Source of the DNA: the human T2T-CHM13v2.0 reference genome, Homo sapiens
Length of the DNA stretch: 64,000 nt
Assembly (NCBI RefSeq): GCF_009914755.1
Contig: NC_060932.1
Direction: 5' to 3' (one strand)
The notes beneath the pieces are model-generated. The model did not search any database. It was not told the DNA's origin and was given only the letters and a program-made list of their open reading frames with translations. The translations under genes and the position numbers were made by a program. Each line of letters opens with the position of its first letter. Positions within the stretch are counted from its first letter, which is position 1. This document shows positions 17,905 through 36,385 of this stretch, one piece after another.

Positions 17905-19342
17905 TTGAGAAAGCCTCTGGGTAAGGAATTCCTGGGAAACACACTGTTTTCATGCATCCTCTGGAAGATGAGGCCTGAAGTTACCAGGGTCTCTGTTTGC
18001 TGATGCTGATGATCCACATTTTCTAGCCCACTCTGCTTCTCTGACACCTTTAGTCTTGAGGATCCATGCTCTGTGAAGGAATCCAAGCTCTCATTTCGCA
18101 CTCACCTTGGCCCTGGCTCTGTCTCCAGGACCTCTTCTACTACAAAATCCTAAAGCTCTGGGAGCTGGGTGTCAACCTGTGCCCGAGGAAATCATACAGT
18201 TACTGTGGACTTTCCAGTTTGCTGTCTTCTAGTATTCCATTGTAGCTCTTGGGTATTTTCCCATCCACCCCAAGATCCAGCTGGAAATCAGTGAACACAC
18301 TTGATGGGAGTTTTCCTGCATGTGCTCTGGGCATTGACAGTAGAAGGGTGTTCAGAATGTCTGCTGTGCCCTCATGGAGGAAGAGGGCCTCAGTGTACAT
18401 GCTCTGGGTCAGTAGGTGCCCTTGAGCCCAGCTTTGGGAGCAAGTGTTGGATGAGTGAAGGAGGCATCCAGGGAAAGCAGGCACGACAGAGTGGAGACGG
18501 GGCTGCTGGGTCTCAGGGGAATGGGCATGGAGTGGGTAGGAGATCCACCTAGGGAGGCTGGCTGGCTGGACGAGTCAGGAGCCCCTTCCAAGGGTGGACA
18601 CTGACAGGCCCCCAGTCTTGGTCTCCTGCATGCCAGAGGTACCAGCCCATCTTTTTTCCTAAACTTGATGACCTAGGGCTAGGGGCATTTTGAATCTCAG
18701 CCTCGCCCACTGGCGCTGGACTTGGTACACAGGGTGGGGCAAAGTGGGTACTGGATCCTGATCATCCCTATCCCTGGGGTGTGGCTTCTTGCTGCACAGT
18801 CAGCTTCTAGTTCTGTAGCCCCAGCTGCTCCTGCGGTGGAGGGAGCTACACATCAGGCTCTGACCCCCTCCAGGTGGGGCCTTCGCGTGAGGGGAGTCAG
18901 CACGCATCAGCAGCTGGGCCCAGGGAGTTGCCCCACTGAGCACTGCGGGCTGACCTGCTCCCAACCAGGGAGATGGAGCTTCCCCCTTGAGTCGGGCTGC
19001 TGAAGGGGGGTAGGGGATGGAGACAGTGCGTTTGCAGGAGTAAGGGTGCAGTTGGGTCCCTGCGAGAAAATGTCTCAGTTGTGGCAACTGATTGGTGACC
19101 TGGGGGGCGTTTCTGAGCCCACAGTGCTGGCATCAGGACTCAGGTGTGAGGTGCCCCAGACCCTCCCCTTGCCAGTAATTAGCTGATGGCTCGGTGATGC
19201 CCAGGGTGAAGGAAGACTTGATTTTGGGAGGGGAGTTCTCTCGTAATGACACTGAGGATGCCTTCAAGTTGGGCTTCTGGCATGTTCTGCCCTCGCTCCC
19301 CTTCTGTAGTCACCTTGGCCCTCGTGTTGCTGAGCTGTGTGT

Positions 19343-19398
19343 GGGAGCGGGAAGCGCGTCAGTGGGCGGAGGGAGCGGGAAGCGCGTCAGTGGGCGGA
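19343..19398. repeat. Perfect 28-bp tandem duplication containing GC box, E2F-like and CRE half-site motifs
   Basis: gggagcgggaagcgcgtcagtgggcgga at 19343-19370 and 19371-19398. Confidence 0.95.
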
Positions 19399-19780
19399 GT
19401 ATTTGAGAACATTTCACAAGCCGCTGTTGAGGTTCAGAATCAACCAGCAGATACAGAAACATATTTCGGAGCGTGGGGACCCTTGGGTGAGCTGCCACAT
19501 GAAGCAGCCCCAGGACCTCCCTGGCTCAAGGAGTGACAGCGAGTTTGTCTGAGGTGAGGGCACAGGCCTGGCGAAGCCTCGTGTGTGGGTGAGACCTGCC
19601 CGACCCCAGTGCCTTACCCGAGGAGCTACTGGCCCAGTGGGGGAGGCATTCAGGTGGGCAGAGTCAGGGAGACTCATGAGGCCGTTGAGGCCAGGGGCAT
19701 AGAGCTGGCCAAGGAGCCATGGCTCACTAACGTGTTGTATGGGGCTCCTTCCCTTCAGGTCCAGGCTCCTGCGTGAAGTG

Positions 19781-19853
19781 ATGCTCCTCTTTGCCTTACT
19801 CCTAGCCATGGAGCTCCCATTGGTGGCAGCCAGTGCCACCATGCGCGCTCAGT
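19781..19853 (+). CDS. GML: GML first coding exon (signal peptide)
   Basis: Acceptor at 19758, ATG at 19781, donor T|gtaagt at 19854. Confidence 0.96.
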
Positions 19854-22595
19854 GTAAGTATCATTCCCTCTCACTGTCCTGGAGAGGACGAGAATTCACC
19901 TGGGGTGCTGGGGGTCACTGGGATGATTGGCTGCAACGTGGAGCAAGCCTCCGTTAGCTGGGGCCTGCATTGTCTGTGTAATCAGGGGTGGGCACTAGGG
20001 CAGTCCAGGAGTAGTCATGAGCAAGGAGAGGGTTAGGATGAAGGAGCAGCTGACCAGGGACCAAGGGGGAACCTTGATGTGGCCCTTCCCCATCAGCGCC
20101 AGGCAGGAGGGGCTCTGTCCAGGGAAACCCAGGAGGATGGCGGACCCCTGTGAGTATCCAGTCTTCCTTGGCGAGGTGAGCCAGGTCTGCAGAGCATAGC
20201 AATCCCGTATGTGACCACCAGTGGCGCTCTCTGGAGCCTGCGTTGGAGAGCAGGGAAAGCTCTCCTTGTGCCTGGCCTCCCTCCCAGGAGCTAGCCTGGG
20301 CCAGACTCAGACTGCATAGAGAGCTGAGCTGTGCAGGCTAGGAGAAGTCCTTGGAAGCAGAGGGGAAGGGCTGGCCGTTGAAGAAGGGTGGAGTGAGCTG
20401 GTAATGGGTGGAAAAGGCGTAGTGGAGCAGAAGCCTGAAGCCTGCTTTCTCCCCTCTCAGGGACTTACAGTTTGAGATGCCATGACTGTGCGGTCATAAA
20501 TGACTTCAACTGTCCCAACATTAGAGTATGTCCGTATCATATTAGGCGCTGTATGACAATCTCCATTCGTAAGTACCTCTTTGTCATTTTGACACATTGT
20601 AGATTAGTCCCCTACCTGGGTAGTTTCTGGGGCCAGGGCCAGTCTGCTTTCTTCTCTGCACCCAGCTCTGTTTCCCCTTCCCTCATGTCCTCCCATCCTG
20701 AGTGCGTTTCTGCACGCTTTGGTCTCAGCCTCATGATAGGCCAGCATGCATCATCTTGTAGAGCCAGGTACTCTGCAAAGTAGTACAATCTGTCCACACA
20801 TCTGCAGCGTCTCCAGGGGGTAGGAGCATTGCTGGACCTCAGAGCCTCTACTGTCCCTGGTTGTGTGTGTAGACACCCCATGCTGCCTGGGTGAGTCCTC
20901 ACTGGCCATTCAATTTCTGGTAGTCTAGAGAGTGCTTCCAGCTCGGCAGGTCAAAGCAGTGGATGGGCCATGGACTCCCCCCAGGGAAAAACCTACCACA
21001 CACAGATGGGAAGGACAAGCATGAGGTCAGGGCACAGCCTGCACTTCCAGGATGCTCTTGCTTTTTCCTCAGAGCCCTCTGGTGCCCTCTCTCCCCAGGG
21101 CCCTAACCTGCAGAAGATGTATGGCCAGAGGCCCAGTGACCAATGGAGCAAGCAGGGAGGGTGCAGCCAGTGTATGCCCTGGCGCACAGGTGGAGCCTCG
21201 TCTGGGGCTCTGCTCAGGGCCTTTCCTGTAGCCCTTTTGTCCCCGGTGTCTGTGGTTGTGCTTGCAACTTCACATGTCATTCTGTGTTCTAAGCTTTGTG
21301 CAAAAATAATCCCCTGATTACCACCTCGGTGTGGTTTGGCTATGTCCCCACCCAGATCTCATCTTGAATTGTAACTCCCATAATCCCCGTGTGTCATGGG
21401 AGGGACCTGGTGGGAGGTAATTGAATCATGTGGGTGGTTACCCTCATGATGTTCTCGTGATAGTGAGTTCCCACAAGATCTGATGGTTTTATAAGGAGCT
21501 TTTCCCCGGCACTTCTCCTTCCTGCCATCATTTGAAGCATGTGTTTGCTACCCCTTCTGCTGTCATTGTAAGTTTCCTGAGGCCTCCCCAGCCACGCGGA
21601 ACTGTGAGTCAGTTAAACCTCTTTCCTTTATAAATTGCCCAGTCTCGGGCAGTTCTTTATAGCAGCGTGAGAAGAGACTCATACACACCTCTTCTTCAGA
21701 CCAACTGCTGATTTGGGACATGGGCAGGAGGCTGAGAATCTGGGCTTTGTCTCCACAGTGGCCACTGCTGGGGACCTTGATGGCATGGTTTTGTCATGTT
21801 GGGATTACTGCCTCTAAATGAGGCTGAGAACTATCTTTCCCATAACTCCCTCGTGGGGTAATAGTTGGCAAAAAGAGGAACTTGAGTGAGATTCGCAAGG
21901 TATGGGTGAAGCAGAGATCACTCTTCTGGAAGGTCACGATGGTTTAGTGAAGTGAAGGACACTGGTGGACTCCAATCTGTCCTCCTTCATGTCCACCCCA
22001 TCTTCTCCACTTTTGAGCCTTTGACTGAAAGCAATTCTAAGACTCCAGCAGGCATTTGGCCACTGGCCTGCCTAGGTGATGGGTACTCCAGTGGCGCAGT
22101 TTAAATGTCTCTGCAAGAGACTCCTCTGCACAGCCTTACTTGAGAGGATAACGGTGCATGGCCTTTGATATTGCCCTGCAGAGTTGGGCTGTTCCAGCCT
22201 GCCCCAGTGTAAGTGACCTAGCTCTGGACTGTTGTTCCTCTGATCTTCAGCCTTACCTGACTGACTTCCTTTCTTGGCTCCCCCATGGTCATGGCAGCTG
22301 CAACACTTTTATTTAATAACTTAGACCTAGACTGTTTTAGAGGCTCCATTTTCCTGAATGAACCCTGATGGATATTAGGACAAAGAAATTGGGAATGCTG
22401 GAATGCTGGGACATTTTTCCTTTCAGGAGATTTGCTGATTTCTGGGGCTGTGCAGGATGGTAAGCAAAAGACCTCTATGGAAAGAAACGCAGGCAGTGTC
22501 CTGAGACAAGGGGCCTGGGTATGAGGCATATAGGAACTCTGCACTATCTCTGCAACTTTTCTGAAAACCTAAAACTATTTTTAAAATAAAAGGTT

Positions 22596-22633
<38 letters not shown>

Positions 22634-25600
22634 ATAACCCCACTACCTTGTGGATTCAATAACAGAATTGCAATGTGGTTTACAATTTGAAACCCATCAG
22701 TTTAATTCACCATATTAACAAAGAAAAGGGCAGAGATGATTGTAGATGCTGAAATGTTTTGATAAAATCCAACACCCTTTCCAAATCTCTGAGGGAAATG
22801 TCTACCATCACCACTTCTATTCCCAATGGAACTGGAGTTGTTAGGTAGTTCAGTTAGGCAAGAGGAAGTATTAAGTCTCATGGAGAGGAGAAAGAAAGAA
22901 TTTAAACTGCTTACTATTCATCAGAGACAACAAACTTCAAATAACAAATATCTTTAGGAAAGATCCTGGATACAAGATAAGTATTCAAAAATCAGTTTAC
23001 AAAATCAGTTGTCCTTTTGTACATCAAGAAACAGATTGAAAATGAAATCCAAGGAATGGTGCTCTTTAAAGTATCACAAAATCAAGTACCACAAATCTAA
23101 CTGGATTTGTGCAAGATTTCAACACTCAAACTGCAAGAACACTATTGAAGACTTAAAACACCATTAAAGACTTAAACACATGGAATTGTACACTATACTT
23201 ATGGATCATGAGAATCAAAAGAGTAAGGATATCTCTTCTCCAATTAACCTACAAATCCAAAAGAATTTCAGTCAAAGTCTCAGCAGGGGTATGTTTGTGT
23301 TTTGACAAGTTGGTGCCGAATGCTTTTTGAAAATATGAAGGGCTAGGAATAACCAAAGCAGTCTTGGGGAAAAAGAAAAAAGCTCGAGGACTTGTGCTCT
23401 GAACTATCAAACCGTTTCCTTAATCAAAACGGTTTGGTGTTGGATCCTGTGGTCAGGATTGAAAAATAACAACATTAGAAGAGAAATAATTCAGAAAAAG
23501 CCACATACTTCTGGTTTCTTGATCTCTGACAAAGTTGACCCTGCAGTGCAGTAGGTAAAGACACTTCTCTGCGCTGAGCAGTAGTGGATATGTTAGATAT
23601 TTATACACAATATCTGCACCATATAAAAGAAGCAGTTTCAGGTGGTTTGTAGATCTCAATGTAAATATTAAACCAATAAAGTTTTTAGAGAAAAATGTAA
23701 AATGCTGTATTTATGACTTTTAGGAATTAAGAATTTAAAAAATCGAACAAAATAGTGCTAGTCACATAAGAATGAAATTGATAGGTTGAATTACCTTTAA
23801 CTTCAAAACTTCTGTTCCTAAGAAGATACCTGTGAAATAGTATAACCGCAAGCCACGGATGAGGAGAAAGCATTTCAAAACATGTATTTACTAAAGTACT
23901 TGTGTTCATAATATAATGAACTTATTCCTATGAATTAATAAAAAACTGATCAATGGAAATTTAAACAAAAGGTTTAAAGGGAATTTGCCAGAAAATGGTG
24001 TCTGAATGTGTAACATACATAAGAAAAGTTGTTCACTGTCGTTCTTCTTGAAAGAAATGCAGCTTAAAACCACAACACAATAACACCACAGGAAATGACT
24101 CAGTATCCTAAAGTGATCATACCAAGTGTTGTCAGGGTTCTGAACTGTGCACAATCCCTCAGACTATAGATAAGTTCAACCCAGTGTAGAAAACTCTTCG
24201 ATGTTGTCGGCTAAAGCTGCGTATCAAACACTGAGACTCAGCGCTTCTACTCCTAGGTACATAGCTAATTATAAAAAAGCTTATACAGGCTCACCTTAAG
24301 GCAAATACAAGACAAGAGTATTCATTGCAGCACTATTTGGAGTAGACAAAAACCAGAAACAACCTCAATGTCCATCAACAATAAATTGTGGTATGTTCAC
24401 CAATGTAATGCTATGCAATTTTGAGAATGAACAATATACAACAGTGTGCAACAATAGGGATAAATTTCATAAACACAGATTAGAGCAAAAGAAGCCATCC
24501 ACAAAAGCAGATGTAATGTATAATTTCATTTCATAAAGTTCAAAACCAAACAGAACTAACCTATAGGTTTAGAAGCCCATACATTTCCTGTCTTTGGCCT
24601 GGGCTGCTCACAGCAGTGTCTGCATGGAGGAACAGAGTGAAGAATCCTGGGGCTCTCTTGCAGCTCTGTTTCTGATGCTGCATGCTGAGTACTGGCTGTG
24701 GGCACTTGGTGACAATCCATTGAGTTGTGGACTTATGGTCAGGCACATTTCTGTAGAATGGTGAACTCCAATAAACTTTTTAAATGGAAAATAACAGAAA
24801 ACAAGTGACTGGTTCGTATTCATCATTTGTTTCTGGTGTTATAGAGGAGACAAGACCCAGAGCCATGAATAGATAAATCAATTATGGTAAGTTCCAGAAT
24901 AAAGTATTTGTGTAAACACTGGATAGACTTCAAGGGGAACAGAAGTAGTGATGAGGGCCAAGGTATTTAACCCTGGGATTCTTGAAGGAGGTGTTAGATG
25001 GAGCTTTGGTCAGGTGGCATTGGTCAGCTGAGGCCACTGGACAAGCCCTCTAGTGAAGATTATTGATCACATTAGTCGTGATCACATTAGTTGCGATCGA
25101 TAACCTTCACCAGAGGGCTTGTCCATCGGATAACACGTACCTAGTTGGAAAGGTGCATCAAGTCTGTACTGGGGAGGAGGTTGGCACCAAGGGTCAAGAG
25201 CATTTATATGTTGGTCCAGGAGACTGAAACACCAGGCTGAGGGTCCCAGGAAGGAGTTTACCCTAGAAGGGTCTTGCCAACTGCAGAAAATCTAGTTAAG
25301 GCTACATTAATATGGACACCTCTGTTAAAGGTCCATGTGATCTCTAGACCATAAGTGAAACATGATTTCTGGTCTGCATTTAATTTCTCGGGCTCTAGAA
25401 TTCTTACCATAAGAAATGAACAGGACATTTCATTGCGTGTAGCTACATGACAAGGTACCATGATACCATTTTGGGAGGGCCAGAGGCCTAAAGATGGCAG
25501 CTTAGATAGAAAACTATCTCCAGAAGAAGTTGTTCTGGGAGTGATGAGACCCGCTAGTGGACTTGGATGTTCTCTCTTAGTCAAGTGTTCTAGACAATTT

Positions 25601-26023
25601 TATCACAGCTGGGAGTGTAGAATGTGTACATGGAGCTAATTATGGTTGAATGTGAGGTGTATGTGCCTCAATATTTACAAGCAGAAAATGTGAAATCAAT
25701 TATTTTCATTGCTGCTTCTTTTTTTAGGCATAAATTCTCGTGAACTACTTGTTTATAAGAACTGTACAAACAACTGCACATTTGTATATGCAGCTGAACA
25801 GCCTCCTGAAGCCCCAGGAAAAATCTTCAAAACTAATAGCTTCTACTGGGTTTGTTGTTGTAATAGCATGGTTTGCAATGCAGGAGGACCTACTAATCTT
25901 GAAAGGGACATGTTACCCGATGAAGTAACTGAGGAGGAGCTTCCAGAAGGAACTGTGAGGCTGGGGGTATCAAAACTGTTGCTGAGTTTTGCCTCTATCA
26001 TAGTCAGCAATATATTGCCATGA
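19781..26023 (+). CDS. GML: Glycosylphosphatidylinositol-anchored molecule-like protein (Ly6/uPAR family), 158 aa; coding exons 19781-19853, 20461-20568, 25728-26023
   Basis: GT-AG junctions give 73+108+296=477 nt: signal peptide MLLFALLLAMELPLVAA, LU domain LRCHDC...CCCNSMVCN, hydrophobic GPI tail LLLSFASIIVSNILP, TGA at 26021-26023. Confidence 0.97.
20461..20568 (+). CDS. GML: GML second coding exon (LU domain N-half)
   Basis: ctctcag|ggac...attc|gtaagt. Encodes WTYSLRCHDCAVINDFNCPNIRVCPYHIRRCMTISI. Confidence 0.96.
21327..21685 (+). mobile_element. THE1/MST-type MaLR solo LTR
   Basis: gtggtttggctatgtccccaccc...gaagagactcataca. 5-bp TSD cacct at 21322-21326 and 21686-21690. Confidence 0.9.
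22460..24570 (+). mobile_element. Ancient degraded L1M fragments in GML intron 3, with (CA)n at 22598-22633
   Basis: A-rich ORF2 and 3'UTR-like motifs (gatgctgaaa...gataaaatccaacacc, caatgtccatcaaca). Confidence 0.6.
25038..25125. repeat. Palindrome: 34-bp stem, 20-nt loop
   Basis: tggacaagccctctagtgaagattattgatcaca (25038-25071) vs tgcgatcgataaccttcaccagagggcttgtcca (25092-25125): 30/34 positions complementary. Confidence 0.95.
25728..26023 (+). CDS. GML: GML last coding exon
   Basis: tttttag|gca acceptor. Encodes RINSRELLVYKNCTNNC...CCCNSMVCN...NILP*. Confidence 0.96.
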
Positions 26024-26160
26024 GGACCCCACCTTGGAGGGTCTGACCATCTTCACCTGTTCCGCAGAGAAATGTTGCTCTCCATTATTCCCTTCTAAGC
26101 CAGAGACCCTTATCCACTGCTCCTCTAGGTGGCCCATTTATGGTTTGTTGTAAGAGAAAA

Positions 26161-26166
26161 ATTAAA
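26161..26166 (+). terminator. GML: GML polyadenylation signal (ATTAAA)
   Basis: ATTAAA ~140 nt after the stop codon, followed by a GT/T-rich tract. Confidence 0.7.
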
Positions 26167-26279
26167 AAAATATTGTTTAGTGGAGATGTTCATGAGCATT
26201 TGTTTGCCTGCATGTACTTGAGCACTCATAGTGGAGTCTCTATTCATATCTGTTCTTCCCTCCCTTGCTCTGTATTCAG

Positions 26280-27504
26280 GGATTACTTTGTGGTTTTATT
26301 ATAATCAGTTGCTGTAGCTATTAATTGATTTTGGTAGTTTTGTCTTTGTGCTTCATACTAAAGTTATGAGTGGGTTGCACACTGCAGTTATAGCATTGCA
26401 ATATTTTGGTTTGTCTGTGTACTTAATTTTACCCTAGGTTTTATACTTTCAGATGTTTTCTTTTTATACGTGAGTGTTTTTTTCTTTCAGTTTGAAGAGC
26501 TCCCTTTAGCATTTCTTGTAAGACAGATGTGGTGGTGGTGAATTCTCTCAGCTTTTGTTTGGGAGAGACTTTATTTCTCCTTCATATTTGAAGTTCAGTT
26601 TTGCTGGATACATTATTCTTGGATGACAGTTGAGGATTTTTTTTTTCTGTTCAACACTTTCAAAATGTCATACCACTCACTCCTGGCCTGTTGAGTTTCC
26701 CTTAAGAATTCTGTTGCCAGATGAACTGGAGCTCCTTTACATGTCTGCCTATTTTCTCTTGCCACTTTTAGGGTCCTCTTTTTGTCCTTGACCTTTAAGA
26801 GTTTGATTATTATATGTGTCAGGGTAGTCCTATTTGGGTCAGATCTCTTTGGTGTTCTCTAACTTTCCTGTATCTGAATATTTATCTCTTCTTCAAGTTT
26901 TGGAAATTTTTCTGTTATTATTTTTTGAACAGCTTCCTACCCCTGGTGCTTGCTTAACTCCCTCTTAAACACCAGTAATTCTTAGATTTGGTCTTTTGAG
27001 GTAATTTTCTATATCTTATAGGTTATCGTCATTCCTTTTCATTCTTCTCTCTTTTTTCTCCTTTGTGTACTTTCAAATAGCTGTCTTCAGGTTCATTGAT
27101 TCTTACCTCTGCTTTATTTATTTTGCTGTTGAAAGCCTGTAATGAATTTTTCAGTTCAGCAAATATATCTCTCATTTCCAAGGTTTCTATTTGACTTTTT
27201 AGATTATTTCAATGTCTTCGTTAATTATTTCTCCTAAATTTCTGAATTGCTTTTCTTTGTTATCTTGGAGATCACTGAGTTTCCTTAAAACTACTATTTT
27301 GAATTCTTGGTCAGAGAATTCACATATTGCTCTCTCTTTAGGGTCAGTTACTGGTTCCTTGCCTTGTTCGGTTGGGGAGGTCATGGCTCCCTGTTTGCTG
27401 TTGTTTCTTGTGAATGTATGTCTGTGTCCTTGCACAGAAGAATTATGTATTTATTTCAGACTTCTCTGTCTGGCTTCTTTTTGTTTCTTTGTTTTTTTGT
27501 TTGT

Positions 27505-27550
<46 letters not shown>

Positions 27551-29280
27551 AGACAGGGTCTCACTCTGTCACCCAGGCTGGAATGTAGTGGTGATTGTGG
27601 CTCACTGCAACTCCACATTCCAGGCTCAGGTGATCCTGCTACCTCAGTCTCCTGAGTAGTTCAGACCAGCTAATTTTTATATTTTTTTGTAGAGATGAGG
27701 TTTTGCTGTGTTGCCCAAGCTGCTTTCAAACTCCTGGGCTCAAGTGATCTTCCCACCTCGACCTCCCAAAGTGCTGGGATTGCAGGTGTGAGCCACCACA
27801 CCCAGCCTGGTTTTTACTGGATATGTTTCATTAGAGATTTTTGTAATTTATCTGTTTCTTTCCTTTTTCTTTTTTCCTGCTAGGTTGCCGCCTCCTTTTC
27901 TGCACTAGATGGCAACTTAAGCCCAACTTTGCCTTGGTTCTAGTCAACAGTAGAGTACTGCCAGTCCCAAAGAGAGAGGCCCCAAGGGGATATCCCGGTC
28001 ATGTGGGAAGGCTGACCAGGGCTGCATGCCTGGGGGCCTGTGGGACTTACTTCCTACAGCATGGCACTGTGAACAGCCACCCTGATTTACTGTCTCCTTT
28101 GGCTGAGTTACACAGCAGAGTTTTCAAGGGTGGGATGGGAGTCCCATTTCCCCTTTTGTCTCTGACTTTCCTCAGAAATATTTTTCCCTTCAGGCACTCC
28201 TGATGATACCTCTGGGTTGAAGCAGGGGCAGGTCTCCTGCCAGGAAACCCAACATGGGAAGGAAGCTGGTTGTCTGCCTCCATGTCACTTTGTCCAGTGT
28301 AGAAACTGTGAGTCAGGGGGAAATGTTCTGCACATTTGGTGCTGAGCAGACTGGGAAGAGGGGCATTGTGGGCATGTAAATCCCATTTTCTTACATCTGC
28401 TGTAGGAGTTTTTTTACTTTTCTGTGGCCCCAGGAACTATCTCATCCTTATATTTGAGTCCTGGGATATTGCTGGTGATAATCTCAGTGCTGTGTATTTG
28501 GTTTTGGTTTTCTTTGAGATGGGAGGGAAGCCAGCTTGCTTGTACACTGCCATCATGGAAACTTGGACTTGTGTTCTCTTAGGTATATTCCTAGTAGTGG
28601 AATTGTTGGGTTCTATGGTAACTCTCTAGATAATTATTAAAGAGACTATGAGACTGTTTTCCAGAGTGGCTGCACCATTTTACAGTCCCACCAGCCATGT
28701 GTGAGGGTTCTAGCACTTGTTATTATCTGATGTTTTTTATTTTAGTCTTTCTAGTAGATGTGAAGTGCCATCTCATTGTGGTTTTGATTTGCATTTCCCA
28801 TATGACTAATGACATTGAGTATCTTTGCCTGTGTTTTTTGGCCATCTGTTTATCTTCTTGATTGTAAGAGTACTTTATATACTCATGATACAAATCCCTG
28901 ATCATATAGATGATTAGCAAATACTGTCTCCCATTCTGTGGGTTGTCCTTTCACTTTTGAGAGTGTGCTTTGAAGCACACATGTTTTCAATTTTGGTGAA
29001 GTCCAAACTATCTATTTTTTATTTTCTTGCTCATATTCTTGGTGCCATGACCTTCACCAAACCCAAGGTCAGTAAGGATTACATCTATGTTTCCTTCTAA
29101 GACTGTTATTTTTTGCTGTTATGATTAGATCTTTGATCAATTTCAGATTAATTTTCATATATGGTCTGAGATAAGAACCCAACTTCATTCTTTTCCACAT
29201 AGTTATCAAGTTTCAATACCATTTGTTGGAAAGATTATTCTGTCCCCAATGGATGGTCTTGGTACCTTTGTAAAAAAGTC
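26280..29280 (-). mobile_element. Old antisense L1M fragments, interrupted by an AluJ-like element (27549-27808) with a (GT)n tail (27507-27548)
   Basis: Minus-strand ORF1-like peptide EFSDQEFKIVVLRKLSDLQ and 3' [12 protein letters not shown]. The same old L1 resumes at ~35420-36105. Confidence 0.7.
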
Positions 29281-29288
29281 AGGTGACA

Positions 29289-35415
<6,127 letters not shown>

Positions 35416-36106
35416 AAAGTGACCATAGATGTATGGCTTTATTTCTGGACTCACAATTCTGTTCTATTGATCTATCTGTCTGTCCTTGTGCCAGTATTTC
35501 ACTGTTTTCATTATTGCTACTTTGTAGTAAATTTTTAAATTGAGAAGTGTGAGTCTTTCTACTTTACTCTTTTTCAAGACTATTTTGGCATTTGTGGGTC
35601 TCTTGCAATTCCATATGAATTGTATAATCAGCTTACCAATTTCTACAAAGAAGAGATTCTTTGGGGATTCTTTGAGACTGTGATAGGGATTGCACTGGAT
35701 CTGTAGATAGATTTGAGGAGCATTGTCATCTCAGCAACATCATGTCTTCTGACCCATGAACATGGATGGGATGCTTTTTCAGTTATTTAGATCTTTAATT
35801 TTCTTCAGCAGGGTTCTGTAGTTTTCAGAGCATAAGAGTTGAACTTCTTTTGTTAAATGCATTCCTAAGTATTCTATTCCTTTTGATGGTATTGAAAATG
35901 GAATTATTTTCTTAATTCCTTTTTCAGATTCTTCATTACTAGTAGAGAAAATACAAATGATTTTTCATATTGATCTCATACCCTGAAGTCTTGCTGAATT
36001 ACTTTTGTTAGAAATAATACTGTTTTTAGTGGGCTTCTTAGGATATTCTATATGAAAGATCATGTGAAGTTTGAAGAGACGGTTTTACTTTTTCTTTTTC
36101 CATCTG

Positions 36107-36385
36107 GCTGCCCAGCCTGGCCAACACAGCGAAACCCCGTCTCCACCAAAAAAATACGAAAACCAGTCAGGCGTGGCTGCGCGCGCCTGCAATCACAGGC
36201 ACTCAGCAGGCTGAGGCAGGAGAATCAGGCAGGGAGGTTGCAGTGAGCCGAGATGGCAGCAGTACAGTCCAGCTTCGGCTCAGCATCAGAGGGAGACCGT
36301 GGAAAGAGAGGGAGAGGGAGACCGTGGGGAGGGGGGGGAGGGGGAGGGGAGGGGGAGGGGGAGGGGACGGGGAAGGAGAGGGAGA
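36107..36385 (-). mobile_element. SVA 5' fragment (hexamer plus part of Alu-like region only)
   Basis: cgaaaccccgtctccacc...cagtacagtccagcttcggctcagcatcagagggagaccgtggaaag plus GGGAGA/GGGGGA repeats. No VNTR, SINE-R or poly-T. Confidence 0.9.
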
